This document shows, in pieces, positions 29,161-38,023 of a stretch of DNA of 64,000 nucleotides (position 1 is the first letter of the stretch; each line of letters starts with the position of its first letter). The stretch comes from a virus (lineage: Duplodnaviria > Caudoviricetes): the IMG/VR virus record IMGVR_UViG_3300011226_000001, positions 1 through 64,000 of that record, one strand, 5' to 3'. The notes beneath the pieces were generated by a model. It searched no databases. It worked only from the letters and a program-made list of their open reading frames with translations, and was not told the origin of the DNA. A program made the position numbers and the translations under genes.

Positions 29161-30003
29161 TCAGTAGTTCATTGCCAGAATTTCAACAGTACCATGCGAG
29201 CCGCTCTGGCCGTTGTTCATCGCATAGCTTTTATTTGGATAGAGCACGGTCGTCGCGTGTTTCTTTAACCAACGCTTTAGCAAGTCATTCGAGAAGTGAC
29301 GGTGCTCAGTAACGTTGCTCAACATCCACGGTACACCTAAGCGATTGAGTTGCTCCAGAGTAGCAAGCAGGTTACGCTCATTCGTTTCAGTCCACTTGCC
29401 GTACTGCATTGCACCGCTCGCCAGATATGGCGGGTCGAAGTAACAGAACGTGTTGCAGTTCAGTTGAGAGCCTAAGCGACTCAGTAACTTACCGTACTTC
29501 ATGTTCGTCAGATGGACGCCTTGCATGTGACTATGGAAAGTAGTGAGTTCGTTCTCCAGCTCGTCGAACTTTCCAATCAGACCACGATCACCAAAGCCTA
29601 CGTTGTACACACCATGCTGGTTGAAACGCAGCATATTCGAGTGCGCATGTCTGTGTGCAACGTAATGCAATATCGGTGTACGCTTCTTCTGGACGACAGT
29701 TCGAAACGCATCGTAGTTCGCTTCGTTGCTGTTTGTCAGGCACCAGTGTTTGACCAGACGCTTGACTTGACCGAGAGTCTTCTTCGGGTCTTGTTCCACC
29801 AGCATCTTAACGATCTCAAATACCTGAGGACTAAGCTCGTTGTACACACGAAACTTCTGTGGCATGTTAGCGCAGACAGTGGCACTACCACCAAACACAT
29901 CGACCATACGCGGACAGTCTTGTACGCTTGGCGTGTGCTCAAGAATAAGAGGGATAAGGCTTCGCTTATTGCCCTGATAACGGATAGGACTGATTACGGT
30001 CAT
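29161..30003 (-). CDS. dam: DNA adenine methyltransferase (Dam/D12 class)
   Basis: PIRYQGNK, DVFGGS, FDPPY motifs. Confidence 0.88.
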   Translation of the reverse strand: MTVISPIRYQGNKRSLIPLILEHTPSVQDCPRMVDVFGGSATVCANMPQKFRVYNELSPQVFEIVKMLVEQDPKKTLGQVKRLVKHWCLTNSNEANYDAFRTVVQKKRTPILHYVAHRHAHSNMLRFNQHGVYNVGFGDRGLIGKFDELENELTTFHSHMQGVHLTNMKYGKLLSRLGSQLNCNTFCYFDPPYLASGAMQYGKWTETNERNLLATLEQLNRLGVPWMLSNVTEHRHFSNDLLKRWLKKHATTVLYPNKSYAMNNGQSGSHGTVEILAMNY

Positions 30004-30155
30004 TTTTCTCTCCTTTATCAGTATTTACAGTTTTTAAGCGCTTCCCATTGCTCAAGAAAAAGGTGGTGTTTCTACGCTGTCTACACATGGTTTTATATGC
30101 CTTACGCATGGTTATTCGCTATCCCTAATGGCTTATTTTACTTGTCTAAGATCAG

Positions 30156-30182
30156 AAAAGGGCAGCCATTAGGCCACCCTTT
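30156..30182 (-). terminator. Rho-independent terminator
   Basis: AAGGGTGGCC-TAAT-GGCTGCCCTTTT. Confidence 0.85.
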
Positions 30183-30188
30183 GAGTTA

Positions 30189-30215
30189 TTACCAGTCGTA
30201 GAACCAATCGTTCAT
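30189..30215 (-). CDS. 8-aa minigene MNDWFYDW (not in ORF track)
   Basis: GGGAGG RBS 5 nt before ATG, tandem TAA TAA, terminator immediately after. Confidence 0.5.
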   Translation of the reverse strand: MNDWFYDW

Positions 30216-30225
30216 GATCGCCTCC

Positions 30226-30354
30226 CTATGAGAAGTAAACCCTACACCCACAATGAGGACACTCTGGTTCTTTGACGCGCAGCCGTTTGGTCTTGGTCAA
30301 AGGTGCTTTCAGAATGTCGTATGTTTTGAGGCAGCGAAAGCACAGTACGATCAT
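30226..30354 (-). CDS. 42-aa Zn-ribbon protein (not in ORF track)
   Basis: MIVLCFRC...ECPHCGCRVYFS; ATGA overlap with the upstream gene. Confidence 0.65.
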   Translation of the reverse strand: MIVLCFRCLKTYDILKAPLTKTKRLRVKEPECPHCGCRVYFS

Positions 30355-30785
30355 TTTGTAACTAACGCACGAACAGCGCAGTCTTTAGCTTCGAGAAGTT
30401 TACGCAGACCCGCAGACTTCTCAGCACCGTCAGGCAGATACTGGTCCATCTCTTGAGCCAGCAGCGCGAACGGTTTACTGACACGTTGCAAATGCGGAGG
30501 CAGATGTGTGTATGCGAAATACTGCATGATCTGATTTTTCGACATAGCGGAGTCGGTGCGAATGCAGGCTTCTTCCAGAACAACTTCTGGAGCAAACTGA
30601 TACAGGTCGGCATGAGCCGAAGCAGCTTCACCTGCATTCTGCAACATGTTCCACGCTTTTTCGTCAGCATGAACAACGGTCGCGCCACTGTCTTTCAACA
30701 TCGCGGCGATACGGCAGTACGCAGCAGATTTACCGCTACCAACATCACCGAGAATACGCACGATGATTTTATGTTTCTTTTCCAT
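30351..30785 (-). CDS. P-loop-like domain fused to an Acb2/Tad1-like helical hairpin
   Basis: GDVGSGKS at the N-terminus; C-domain FAYTHLPPHLQ...PDGAEKSAGLRKLLEAKDCAVRA. Confidence 0.5.
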   Translation of the reverse strand: MEKKHKIIVRILGDVGSGKSAAYCRIAAMLKDSGATVVHADEKAWNMLQNAGEAASAHADLYQFAPEVVLEEACIRTDSAMSKNQIMQYFAYTHLPPHLQRVSKPFALLAQEMDQYLPDGAEKSAGLRKLLEAKDCAVRALVTK

Positions 30786-30955
30786 TATGAACATCCTTTA
30801 ATGAGATAACGAAAGATCATGAAGTTACAGAAACCCACAGCGATAAGTCCAACAATTGATAGATTGCAGGAAGGGTCCCACTTCAACCAAAGGTTCAGTA
30901 CAAGGGTGCCAACTGCAAGCGCAAGAAAGATTATGCAGATGACAAACATTATCAT
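30785..30955 (-). CDS. small membrane protein (56 aa, not in ORF track)
   Basis: Two hydrophobic segments; TAATG coupling. Confidence 0.5.
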   Translation of the reverse strand: MIMFVICIIFLALAVGTLVLNLWLKWDPSCNLSIVGLIAVGFCNFMIFRYLIKGCS

Positions 30956-30972
30956 GCAGAAAGTTTTCAGAG

Positions 30973-31489
30973 CTACTTCCTCACGAAGGGCATTGTTAAA
31001 TCGAGAAGTTCACTGTCAGTCATTTCGTCAAGGTCTTTGCTGGTGGTGCCTAGTCCAAACGTCTGACTAAACTTTTCACCCGCTGCATCGTCGTCGCCAA
31101 GACAAACGAAACGTAGACCGAGAAGACGCAACTGACGATAAAGATGCAGGCTAACATCCGAACCTAGAACGGACCAAGCGTTGAGTCCAAGACGATGTAA
31201 CGCACATGCCTTGAACACAGACTCAGTTAAGAAGACGGTCGACCCGTTCAGGTTTAATTTCTGATCCCCACACCAACTGCTTGCCGCCGAAGGCTCGCGT
31301 GAAGTAACGACACGCTTTCGGGTTAGCGTCATGCTTTGGTGCATTTGGTGTGTAGACCTGTAGCCCGCGCAGTGCTCGGTCAAAGCCAAACAGCGGCACG
31401 GTCATTTGCGTGTCACTTAGCCAGCAATGATAAGAGCCAGGATTTAGGCCTCTCGTCAGTAGATGTTGATACAAGTTCGTTGTGCTCAT
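30973..31489 (-). pseudogene. TOPRIM/primase-like gene with a +1 frameshift near 31258
   Basis: ...VWGSE (frame A) continues as LNLNGSTVFLTESVF...GDDDAAG...KDLDE (frame B) if one A is removed. Confidence 0.65.
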
Positions 31490-31706
31490 GGTATTCTCCT
31501 GAATCGTAACAAGAGAACAGATTGCAGAACACATGGCGCTCAAGAACTAACTTCTTTCCGATTGGAAAACCAGAAGTGTCAGACAGATTAGTGTAGACGA
31601 CCATCTGGAGTTCTTGGTGTTGTCCGTGTGCAGCAATACAGTCCACTTGATAGGGATTGTTGCCCGGGGATTTATAAATGTGACCTTCGATAATGTCACT
31701 AATCAT
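31413..31706 (-). CDS. DUF1653-like protein
   Basis: IYK..GNPYQV...H...MVVY pattern. Confidence 0.5.
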   Translation of the reverse strand: MISDIIEGHIYKSPGNNPYQVDCIAAHGQHQELQMVVYTNLSDTSGFPIGKKLVLERHVFCNLFSCYDSGEYHEHNELVSTSTDERPKSWLLSLLAK

Positions 31707-31734
31707 ACTTGCTCCTCACACGGACATACCGTGA

Positions 31735-32190
31735 TTACTTTTTAGGTTCGACTTCTACCCACTGCATACCGCTAAGTCCCTGTTGCAGTCGATAGAGTTT
31801 GATGCGCTTGCCTTTCGGGGTTACACCGCAAATGAAGTAACCCTTCTTAAACGTCTTCGGCTTGCCGGACATTGCCTTTTCGAGAGTTTTGATATTCTCA
31901 GCAACAGGGCTGTCAAAGTGTTTGAAGTAGATTGCAAACGACACGTACTTGCTGCCTCCCCACTCGTCAATCTTCTCGATCAACTTGTCAGGGTAGCAGG
32001 CTACAGGTTCAGACTGACCGGGCTCGATATAGAAGCAGGTGTTTGCTCCTGTCTTACCGACAATATACATCTGACCTTTGATTTCCACAGAGTAGCGCCA
32101 GTCAAACAAAGCACGAACTTCTGGTTCGTGGTTAGCTTCGGTCGACAGCGCTTTCTTCACTTGCTGCTTTAGAATAGAAAACAGGTTCAT
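31735..32190 (-). CDS. hypothetical protein
   Basis: 151 aa, GAGGA RBS. Confidence 0.6.
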   Translation of the reverse strand: MNLFSILKQQVKKALSTEANHEPEVRALFDWRYSVEIKGQMYIVGKTGANTCFYIEPGQSEPVACYPDKLIEKIDEWGGSKYVSFAIYFKHFDSPVAENIKTLEKAMSGKPKTFKKGYFICGVTPKGKRIKLYRLQQGLSGMQWVEVEPKK

Positions 32191-32197
32191 TTGTTCC

Positions 32198-32464
32198 TCA
32201 ATCCGCCAGTACGTAAAGGTCCATCAATTCTGATGCGGTGATCGCGTCGTATTTACCGTTCTCGTTTTTCACTGCGTAGTTGCCAACTGCCACATTCGCC
32301 AGAGTCGGCTTACCGAATTGGTCTGTTACACCAATCTGAACATAGCGCCCTACAACGTAACCGCTGCCGTTGAGAAAGTTATTCATCTCCTCAACGTTCT
32401 CACCGTTCCACTGACAGGCTTCAATCACTGGAACTCGTTTTAACTGAAAGCGATTAATCATCAT
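32198..32464 (-). CDS. small phage protein (PVIEA.QW.G.N / G.Y..K...G family)
   Basis: VPVIEACQWNGEN...GNYAVKNENGKY. Confidence 0.55.
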   Translation of the reverse strand: MMINRFQLKRVPVIEACQWNGENVEEMNNFLNGSGYVVGRYVQIGVTDQFGKPTLANVAVGNYAVKNENGKYDAITASELMDLYVLAD

Positions 32465-32473
32465 ACCCTCGCG

Positions 32474-33094
32474 TTACTGCTGCTGGCGCTTTTCAAGGAA
32501 CTCTCGCACCAGACCTGCATAGTTGTGATAGACGTTGCGCTTCACACCGAGTTTGTGTGCTGCAACGATCATTGACGGACTCGATAAGAACTTAGGCGTG
32601 TCGTCCAGTTCTTCACGCGCTCCGTGTTCATCGAACTCAGACCCTGCTGCGAATCGCACAGCCTTGTCTGCTACAATGAACTCGTGGTCGAGGTCGAAGT
32701 GCTTCAAACGACCAGCGATGCGCCCGAGTTGTCGTTGCTTCTGATAGACATTTACAGAAATTGAGGAGGCAACGACAGGCGTAGACCCACATTTGAGATC
32801 ATCGCAGTAGATGATGTTATGACTCTGACCGCATTGGTCAATCATGTTGCGAGCCACCAGCGAACCTACATAGCTGCTAATCAAGAACAGACCGCGATAC
32901 GTGCCGAGCACATTACCGATATGCTTCTCAATCTCTTCGGGAGTAAATCCCATAGACAGCGAAGGATAAGTTGCTGCTACTGCGCGGCGTCGTGGATCAC
33001 TAGGAGCGTGAACACGCGCTTTAATGCCGGACTCTAGCAGATTGTGGAATACGTAGCTTCCGCCTACGCCACCGTCAATGATGTGTACTAACAT
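32474..33094 (-). CDS. degenerate glutamate-racemase-like protein
   Basis: IIDGGVGG resembles MurI FDSGVGG; the catalytic Cys motifs are not recognisable. Confidence 0.35.
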   Translation of the reverse strand: MLVHIIDGGVGGSYVFHNLLESGIKARVHAPSDPRRRAVAATYPSLSMGFTPEEIEKHIGNVLGTYRGLFLISSYVGSLVARNMIDQCGQSHNIIYCDDLKCGSTPVVASSISVNVYQKQRQLGRIAGRLKHFDLDHEFIVADKAVRFAAGSEFDEHGAREELDDTPKFLSSPSMIVAAHKLGVKRNVYHNYAGLVREFLEKRQQQ

Positions 33095-33095
33095 A

Positions 33096-33965
33096 TTAAG
33101 TCCTCGTTGACCAATCACGCGCAAGATCCATAACACGCTTGCGACCGTTGAAGTTGATCTCAGGATTATCCAGTAAGCGTTCGAAGTACGCAGGTACTCC
33201 AGCTTCTGTTTGATAGCCGCGGTGAGGACGATGCCCTACCACAGCGATGTGATCAGCCCATGCTTCTGTAATTGGCATTTTTTGCTTAGGCTGATTTAGT
33301 TCTTGCCACGAACGACCGATGAAGTAGTCATGGACTTTCTTCAACAGCCACGGGTTAACGTGAGTCAGGCCGAAAGTGTCGCACAGCATTTCGTGTTGCA
33401 GCATACCACTTGGGTTATAGCCGTCGACGCCGAGAGACTTCTTACCGTTCTTGAACCACGGAGCCCAGTATTCTTTGCGATACTCGTCGAACTTTTCGAG
33501 TACGCTATGCGGGCCGCTGATTTTTGCGATGTGGGTGTTACGCGCAAAGCAGAAGTAAGCGTCAGCAACAAGGCCGCTGAGAACGTACTTGTAACCTGCT
33601 TCTTTGATTGCCTTGTAGCAATACACCATAGGGTAAGCACACTCATAGTCACGCTTTTTGATACAGCGATACTTGGCGTGAAGTGTGCGCCAACCCTGAG
33701 CGATAGCAGTGTCAGACGTAGGAACTTTCACAAGCGTGAACTCCCAACCCATCTTCTCTGCGACTTTACGCGCGTGTTTGCTGTCGAAACTTTCGTTGTC
33801 GCCCATCTGGAAAGTAAAGGCATGTACCTTCTTTCCTAAGTCATGGGCAGCGAGCCCGCTAACAAGTCCGTCAAGACCACTGGATAGCAGCACTGCCACC
33901 TTGTCGTCTTTGACTTCTGCTTTAACGTGCTGTTCAAACAGCTTGCGCAAAACGTGTTTAGCCAT
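33096..33965 (-). CDS. asparagine-synthetase-like ATP-dependent amide ligase lacking the glutaminase domain
   Basis: VAVLLSSGLD PP-loop, VLSGLVADAYF, NPWL, QPKQK; only 289 aa. Confidence 0.75.
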   Translation of the reverse strand: MAKHVLRKLFEQHVKAEVKDDKVAVLLSSGLDGLVSGLAAHDLGKKVHAFTFQMGDNESFDSKHARKVAEKMGWEFTLVKVPTSDTAIAQGWRTLHAKYRCIKKRDYECAYPMVYCYKAIKEAGYKYVLSGLVADAYFCFARNTHIAKISGPHSVLEKFDEYRKEYWAPWFKNGKKSLGVDGYNPSGMLQHEMLCDTFGLTHVNPWLLKKVHDYFIGRSWQELNQPKQKMPITEAWADHIAVVGHRPHRGYQTEAGVPAYFERLLDNPEINFNGRKRVMDLARDWSTRT

Positions 33966-34902
33966 GATTACCCAGCCTTAAAATATTCGCAGTTGTTGTT
34001 CCGTGAAGTTCAGCCAGATAGTCTGCGCGAACGTTAGGACCGAGTAGTTCAATCTCAGAGTCAAACGGTAGCTCAGTATCTGACAATACGAAGGCATGGT
34101 TCATGCTGATTGCGTGGTCAACTCCTGTAAGCAACGTGACTTGCGCATGTGGTGCGTCAGGACAATGCACAGGTGTGTTCTTGGCAGACTGATACAGGTT
34201 ATCGTAGTAACCCACATCAATCGAGTACAGGAACTTGTCTGCGCAGTTAGGTACTAATGCACCGTAACCAAATACTTTACCTGCATCCAGCTTATCGCAG
34301 ATACGAGCAAGCACTGTCTTCGCTACACGCAAATTACCGTTCACAGTTTCATCGCTACTATAACCGGTAAGTGCCATGCCAACACGCGGTTTCAACTTCG
34401 GCGCGTACGGATTAAGCACGTTCATGCTTGAGCCAACAGACAGCATAGACAGCGGTACGTTGTAGCGTTGTGCAATCTCGTTAGCATCGTACTCAGACAC
34501 AGGCACACGGTAATCATCCGAGTGAACAAGAATCAATGCTGGTGGGTGCGTTAAACCTTCAGGCTTGACGTTGATACGACGACAACCCCAATCAGCAAAG
34601 ACAGCGTATCGTCCTTCATACTTGCCTACTTGCTTTGCGTTCAGAACAGGCACTGTATTCCACATGCGCCCGTCTACACCACCGAGAATTAACAGCGTGT
34701 GGTCGAGTTCAAGTTCACGCAGCGCGAGCACGTCACGGTCGCTATGAACAGCGAGCACCTCAAACCCTAAAGAGAATGCTTTCACGCAATCTAAACCATG
34801 CCCGTAGAAATTACCTTTCACAACCGGAATCATGGACGGAGCGAGTGATTTTAAATAGGCCGCATTACTCGCTAACGCGGCATTGTCGATTAAGACTTTC
34901 AT
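33958..34902 (-). CDS. alanine-racemase-family PLP enzyme
   Basis: PVVKGNFYGHG (PLP Lys), RVG..L.G, FGYG (second catalytic Tyr), GYYD, ISMN. Confidence 0.8.
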   Translation of the reverse strand: MKVLIDNAALASNAAYLKSLAPSMIPVVKGNFYGHGLDCVKAFSLGFEVLAVHSDRDVLALRELELDHTLLILGGVDGRMWNTVPVLNAKQVGKYEGRYAVFADWGCRRINVKPEGLTHPPALILVHSDDYRVPVSEYDANEIAQRYNVPLSMLSVGSSMNVLNPYAPKLKPRVGMALTGYSSDETVNGNLRVAKTVLARICDKLDAGKVFGYGALVPNCADKFLYSIDVGYYDNLYQSAKNTPVHCPDAPHAQVTLLTGVDHAISMNHAFVLSDTELPFDSEIELLGPNVRADYLAELHGTTTANILRLGNHG

Positions 34903-35933
34903 CAGCGTTTCAGCGTCGTGATGTAGTGAGCAACACGGTCGAACTCTTCACCGCCCGCTTGTGGATCAAACGCTACGTAACCACTGCTCTTAGAAAGATT
35001 ACGCAGATACACTTCACGCTCTTTCCTTGTCATCTTCACTTCGCAGAAGTTGATACTGATACCGACAACTTTCGGGTACCAGTCGTGCATTGCGGCAGCA
35101 GCGAGATTGGCAGAGATCTCGTCAACGATGTTGATCTCGCGCTCGGTGTTCATCATGAAGTTGCGACCGACAGTGTGGCAGACAACGATAGCGTCAGGCT
35201 GAGAGCCAGCAATCAGGCTCATGCTACCGCCGGTGTAAGCTGGATGACGCAGCGCACCCTGACCTTCAATCAGATAGATAGCTTCTTCGTCAGCAGGTGA
35301 CAGCCACTCAGCAGCACCGGCAAGGAAGTCAGCGACCACAGTGTCGTTGTTGATGCCACGACCGCTAATCAGAAAACCAGTTTGACCGGTAGCACAGAAC
35401 ACAGCTTTCTGTTTCAGCTCGGTCAGCTTCTTGGTCAGTGCGAGTGCAGTAAATTTCTTACCGCACGAACAGTCAGTACCAACAGTAAGAACACGAACAC
35501 CGGCACGAGGCAGACCAGTGCCCAGAGGATATTGCTCAGGGTGGTGGCGGAAGTCATACAGCGATACTCCATGCTCACGAGCTAAAGCGAAGTATTTAGG
35601 GTTGTCAGACAGCTTGACATGCAGAGCAGCAGCAACGTTCAGGCCTCGCTTCAATGCTTCGCAGATGGCGCGATCAATGTCTTCGTTAATCTGACCGCCA
35701 AATGGTGCAAACCCGATGACCAGAGTTTCTGCATCGGTCTTATCGAGGTCACGAATTTCAACGTGAGGCATTTCAGGGAACAGGTTGTTAGCATCGTCAA
35801 CTACACAGCAGACTTTCTCTGACGCCCACTCAACCATACCGGCAGTGATCTTCGCCATTGCTTTCGTCGTGGCGTTACCACAGAACATCGCGTACGGTTG
35901 CGGAATATTATAGATATCACCAATCACGCTCAT
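34902..35933 (-). CDS. DUF1611-family (DgcN-like) P-loop protein
   Basis: VGTDCSCGKK, ATGQTG, DFLAGAAE, IEGQG, GSQPD. Confidence 0.85.
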   Translation of the reverse strand: MSVIGDIYNIPQPYAMFCGNATTKAMAKITAGMVEWASEKVCCVVDDANNLFPEMPHVEIRDLDKTDAETLVIGFAPFGGQINEDIDRAICEALKRGLNVAAALHVKLSDNPKYFALAREHGVSLYDFRHHPEQYPLGTGLPRAGVRVLTVGTDCSCGKKFTALALTKKLTELKQKAVFCATGQTGFLISGRGINNDTVVADFLAGAAEWLSPADEEAIYLIEGQGALRHPAYTGGSMSLIAGSQPDAIVVCHTVGRNFMMNTEREINIVDEISANLAAAAMHDWYPKVVGISINFCEVKMTRKEREVYLRNLSKSSGYVAFDPQAGGEEFDRVAHYITTLKR

Positions 35934-37195
35934 TTCTTCTTCCCTTTCGTTTTGATTTTGGTGCCATCGAACGTCAAGCCCATACGAGCATGACACTTGT
36001 GTATAGCTTTTACAGTACGCATTAACGTCTGCGTCTTCGACCAGTCTACTACGCCTTTTTCTTCGAGTTCTTTCGACAGGTCGGTCTTCATAGGCTTGCC
36101 GTCATCAGGCACGACTGCATTCTTCATGAAGTCAGCCCAGCCTTTGTCTACGCTCTTGCACCAGTTTGTCAGCAGCGTAGCGCGTTCAGCTTTCGTCAGG
36201 TACTTCGTGCAAGCCCAGTAAGCAATCTCATTGCCCAGTTCTTCCACCTCTTTCGCAGTCACACGGTCAACAGTGCGAATGTGGATGTGCTTGTTCTCAG
36301 AGCAGAAGCGCGTATAGTCTCGCGCCCAATCGTACTTAGAAGTTTGCACAACGAACGTCGGGCAGTACGGAATAGTCTCACGTACACCGTTAGCGAATGA
36401 CTCTACTTCGGCACATGACAGCGCTACGGTACATTGTCCAATGAACGCCATCTTCTCGTCGCCGGACAGACCGCTAACGACTTGATAATCTTTCACACCT
36501 GCATCAGCAAGCTCTTTCTCCCAGCTTCTGACTTGACGATCAGAGCCGGTCATCACACGAACAGGCAGACCAGATGCAGCAGCAATACGCGCAGCAAACG
36601 CAGGACGCTTAACCTTCTCGTATCGACAGATAATCAGCAGCGAGGGTTTACGTTTCGCAGGAGGATTGTAGTCTGATACACTGAATGCGTTGTACGCAAC
36701 AGCAGCCTCAGTTTTATAAATCTCAGACAGCACACGCGCAGTTGAGTCACAGTTCGCTAAGATACGCAGACCAGTGACAGGCGCTTGCAGCAGCGCACGG
36801 TGCATCTTCTCAGCGCCAAGCCCGTTCAGGTCTTGCGTCAACAGGAAGCTGTTATGTGAACGGTAGTAAACAGGCATAATCTTAGGCAGCCCGAGACCGA
36901 CAGCAGCTTCGACAGCTTCGTAGGTGCTACAAATGATTGCACGGTACGGAGTGCGGTCGAGCGCTTCGAGCAGAGCACTTTGAATGTGACCAACTTTGTA
37001 CCCGTCACTCAGAGTGGTGTCACCGTAGTTAAACCACTGGCTCTTGGTGACAGAGCTGTTTTCACCGTCAGTGATGAAGTCGCAGAAGCCGTACGCTTCG
37101 AGTCCATCAATGTACGCACCTACACCAGACTTGGTTCTGTCCAGAAGAGTCTTGTGAGGCACGATTGCTAAGATACGCCCGTTTACTTTCATCAT
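35930..37195 (-). CDS. GT-B glycosyltransferase (GT4-like)
   Basis: SGVG, RSH, R...KRP, ESFANGVRE (Ex7E motif). Confidence 0.7.
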   Translation of the reverse strand: MMKVNGRILAIVPHKTLLDRTKSGVGAYIDGLEAYGFCDFITDGENSSVTKSQWFNYGDTTLSDGYKVGHIQSALLEALDRTPYRAIICSTYEAVEAAVGLGLPKIMPVYYRSHNSFLLTQDLNGLGAEKMHRALLQAPVTGLRILANCDSTARVLSEIYKTEAAVAYNAFSVSDYNPPAKRKPSLLIICRYEKVKRPAFAARIAAASGLPVRVMTGSDRQVRSWEKELADAGVKDYQVVSGLSGDEKMAFIGQCTVALSCAEVESFANGVRETIPYCPTFVVQTSKYDWARDYTRFCSENKHIHIRTVDRVTAKEVEELGNEIAYWACTKYLTKAERATLLTNWCKSVDKGWADFMKNAVVPDDGKPMKTDLSKELEEKGVVDWSKTQTLMRTVKAIHKCHARMGLTFDGTKIKTKGKKK

Positions 37196-37202
37196 ACTTC
37201 CC

Positions 37203-37973
37203 TTACTTAATTGCGATCCATCCAGCGAAGTTAAGATCGCGGTAGAAACATTCAACGCGGTCGAAGCCTGCTTTGCGCAGCAGTTCTTCGTTCCACGCGG
37301 CTTTGACAGGTACGAGTACGCCTTCAAGAGCTTTGCGTTTCGTCGCAATGCTCTCTTGCGAATAACCGTTGTCGCCCTTCATGCCGTAGTAAGTATCCAC
37401 CAGCAGACGGTCGAGGAAGTTGTCGTCACCCAACACTTTCTCAACGAGAATGAACGCACCGCCTTTCTGCAACGAGTCGTACACTTTCTCCAGAATGTGC
37501 TGACGATGTTCTATCGGCGTAAACTGGAGAGTAAGTACCGATAGAATAAGCGAACACTCTACCTGCTCGTCGAAGCGGAACGTGTCTACTTCAACCAGCG
37601 ACTCGCTACTGATTTTCGCTTTAGCCGTTTTCAGCACAGGGTTTTCACGCAGACGCTCAAGCATTGCAGGCGCGACTTCGTAGCAGCAATACATGTTGCC
37701 GACTTCACGATCAGGCTCAGGACGATCAGCAGCGTGGAGATACATGTACTCGCCGAACTCAGCACAGAACGGTTCGATAGCACGTCCAAGTGAAGCACCC
37801 AGATCAACGATAGCTGAACCCGGAGTCACGAACTGGCGACCAAGACGATAGGTCAGATCGCGCATACGATCATAGGAAGGAATTGAGTTTTGCAGCATGT
37901 TATCGAACACAGCAGCAACTGGCTCATTGAACTCCCAGCGACCGACAGGCATTGTTTTATCAACGTTGCTCAT
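37203..37973 (-). CDS. cmoA: carboxy-S-adenosyl-L-methionine synthase (CmoA-like)
   Basis: WEFNEPVAAVFDNMLQNSIPSY, DLGASLG, TLQF, LVEKV, KRKALEGV (CmoA signature Arg), NFAGWIAIK. Confidence 0.85.
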   Translation of the reverse strand: MSNVDKTMPVGRWEFNEPVAAVFDNMLQNSIPSYDRMRDLTYRLGRQFVTPGSAIVDLGASLGRAIEPFCAEFGEYMYLHAADRPEPDREVGNMYCCYEVAPAMLERLRENPVLKTAKAKISSESLVEVDTFRFDEQVECSLILSVLTLQFTPIEHRQHILEKVYDSLQKGGAFILVEKVLGDDNFLDRLLVDTYYGMKGDNGYSQESIATKRKALEGVLVPVKAAWNEELLRKAGFDRVECFYRDLNFAGWIAIK

Positions 37974-38023
37974 GTTTAAATTCCGTTATTTGTTTTGACA
38001 GCAGAAATTACCGTTCGCAGATG

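Noticed and set aside
37203-37973. cmoA acting in ordinary tRNA cmo5U synthesis
   Set aside because: No cmoB or tRNA genes are visible in the window, and the context plus the Arg-variant MTase favour DNA. This is disfavoured rather than excluded, since host CmoB could use the Cx-SAM.
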